From: Podarcis liolepis
Taxonomy: Eukaryota
DNA: 64,000 nt
Assembly (NCBI GenBank): GCA_965112155.1
Contig: OZ218098.1
Direction: 5' to 3' (one strand)
A program made the position numbers and the translations under genes. The notes beneath the pieces are model-generated. The model worked only from the letters and a program-made list of their open reading frames with translations, had not been told where the DNA came from and did no database searches. Shown piece by piece: positions 63,630-64,000 of this stretch (positions within the stretch are counted from its first letter, which is position 1; the number at the start of each line of letters is the position of its first letter).

Positions 63630-64000
63630 ATGCAACTGCAATATTTAAAAAATACTTCCCTCACCACCATCTTCCTACATGCAGCTTTGATGATCCTCAG
63701 GCAGACATTTGTGTGGAGAAAAAGATAACATAAACTGGCAGTGTGTAGGTAGTCAGCAACGGTTCTTACAGTCACACAGTGACTGGGGAAGGTGCTGTAA
63801 CAATTGTAGAAATGGCTGCTGGTTGCAGCTGAGCACCACCAGTGCAATACACCTTCCCACAGGAAACACAGCCCCCTGCTTGGCCAAGGACAGGTGAGGA
63901 TTGACCAGGATTAGGAGGGAAGAGCTCTGTGAAAAGGTCCTCACACAGATGGTCTCCTCTAAATACTTGTTCCAGATCCTCCTTTTAAATGGTACATATT

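Noticed and set aside
1-64000. CRISPR arrays, operons or other prokaryote-type systems
   Set aside because: The sequence is a spliced vertebrate locus; its repeats are microsatellites and interspersed elements, not repeat-spacer arrays

Overview
Vertebrate genomic DNA, almost certainly from a squamate and probably a lacertid-type lizard, judged from Sauria SINEs and the L2/CR1/hAT repeat content. Almost the whole window is one minus-strand gene, an unconventional myosin-X-like paralogue (MYO10L-type). I reconstructed 40 coding exons by hand (MYO10 exons 2-41, 61115 down to the stop at 3920). They have consistent splice phases and no stops, and encode motor, 3 IQ motifs, SAH/coiled coil, PEST, 3 PH domains, MyTH4 and FERM; the 3' UTR runs to about 1240. 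The true first coding exon is probably outside the window. Main points: (1) the apparent CpG-island promoter at ~61.8-62.85 kb lies inside a 1317-bp hAT element with TIRs and a perfect 8-bp TSD, and that cargo offers an in-frame GC-AG first exon; (2) a candidate alternative first exon in intron 22, next to an octamer/SOX motif cluster, would give a motorless isoform, while the Met used by headless MYO10 is absent; (3) a U12-type intron precedes a 14-nt micro-exon; (4) a young hAT deletion derivative keeps its transposase C-terminus; (5) nested and inverted SINE arrangements and a long intronic hairpin. I see no evidence of an entirely novel multi-gene system, and nearly all short ORFs in the supplied track are noise.
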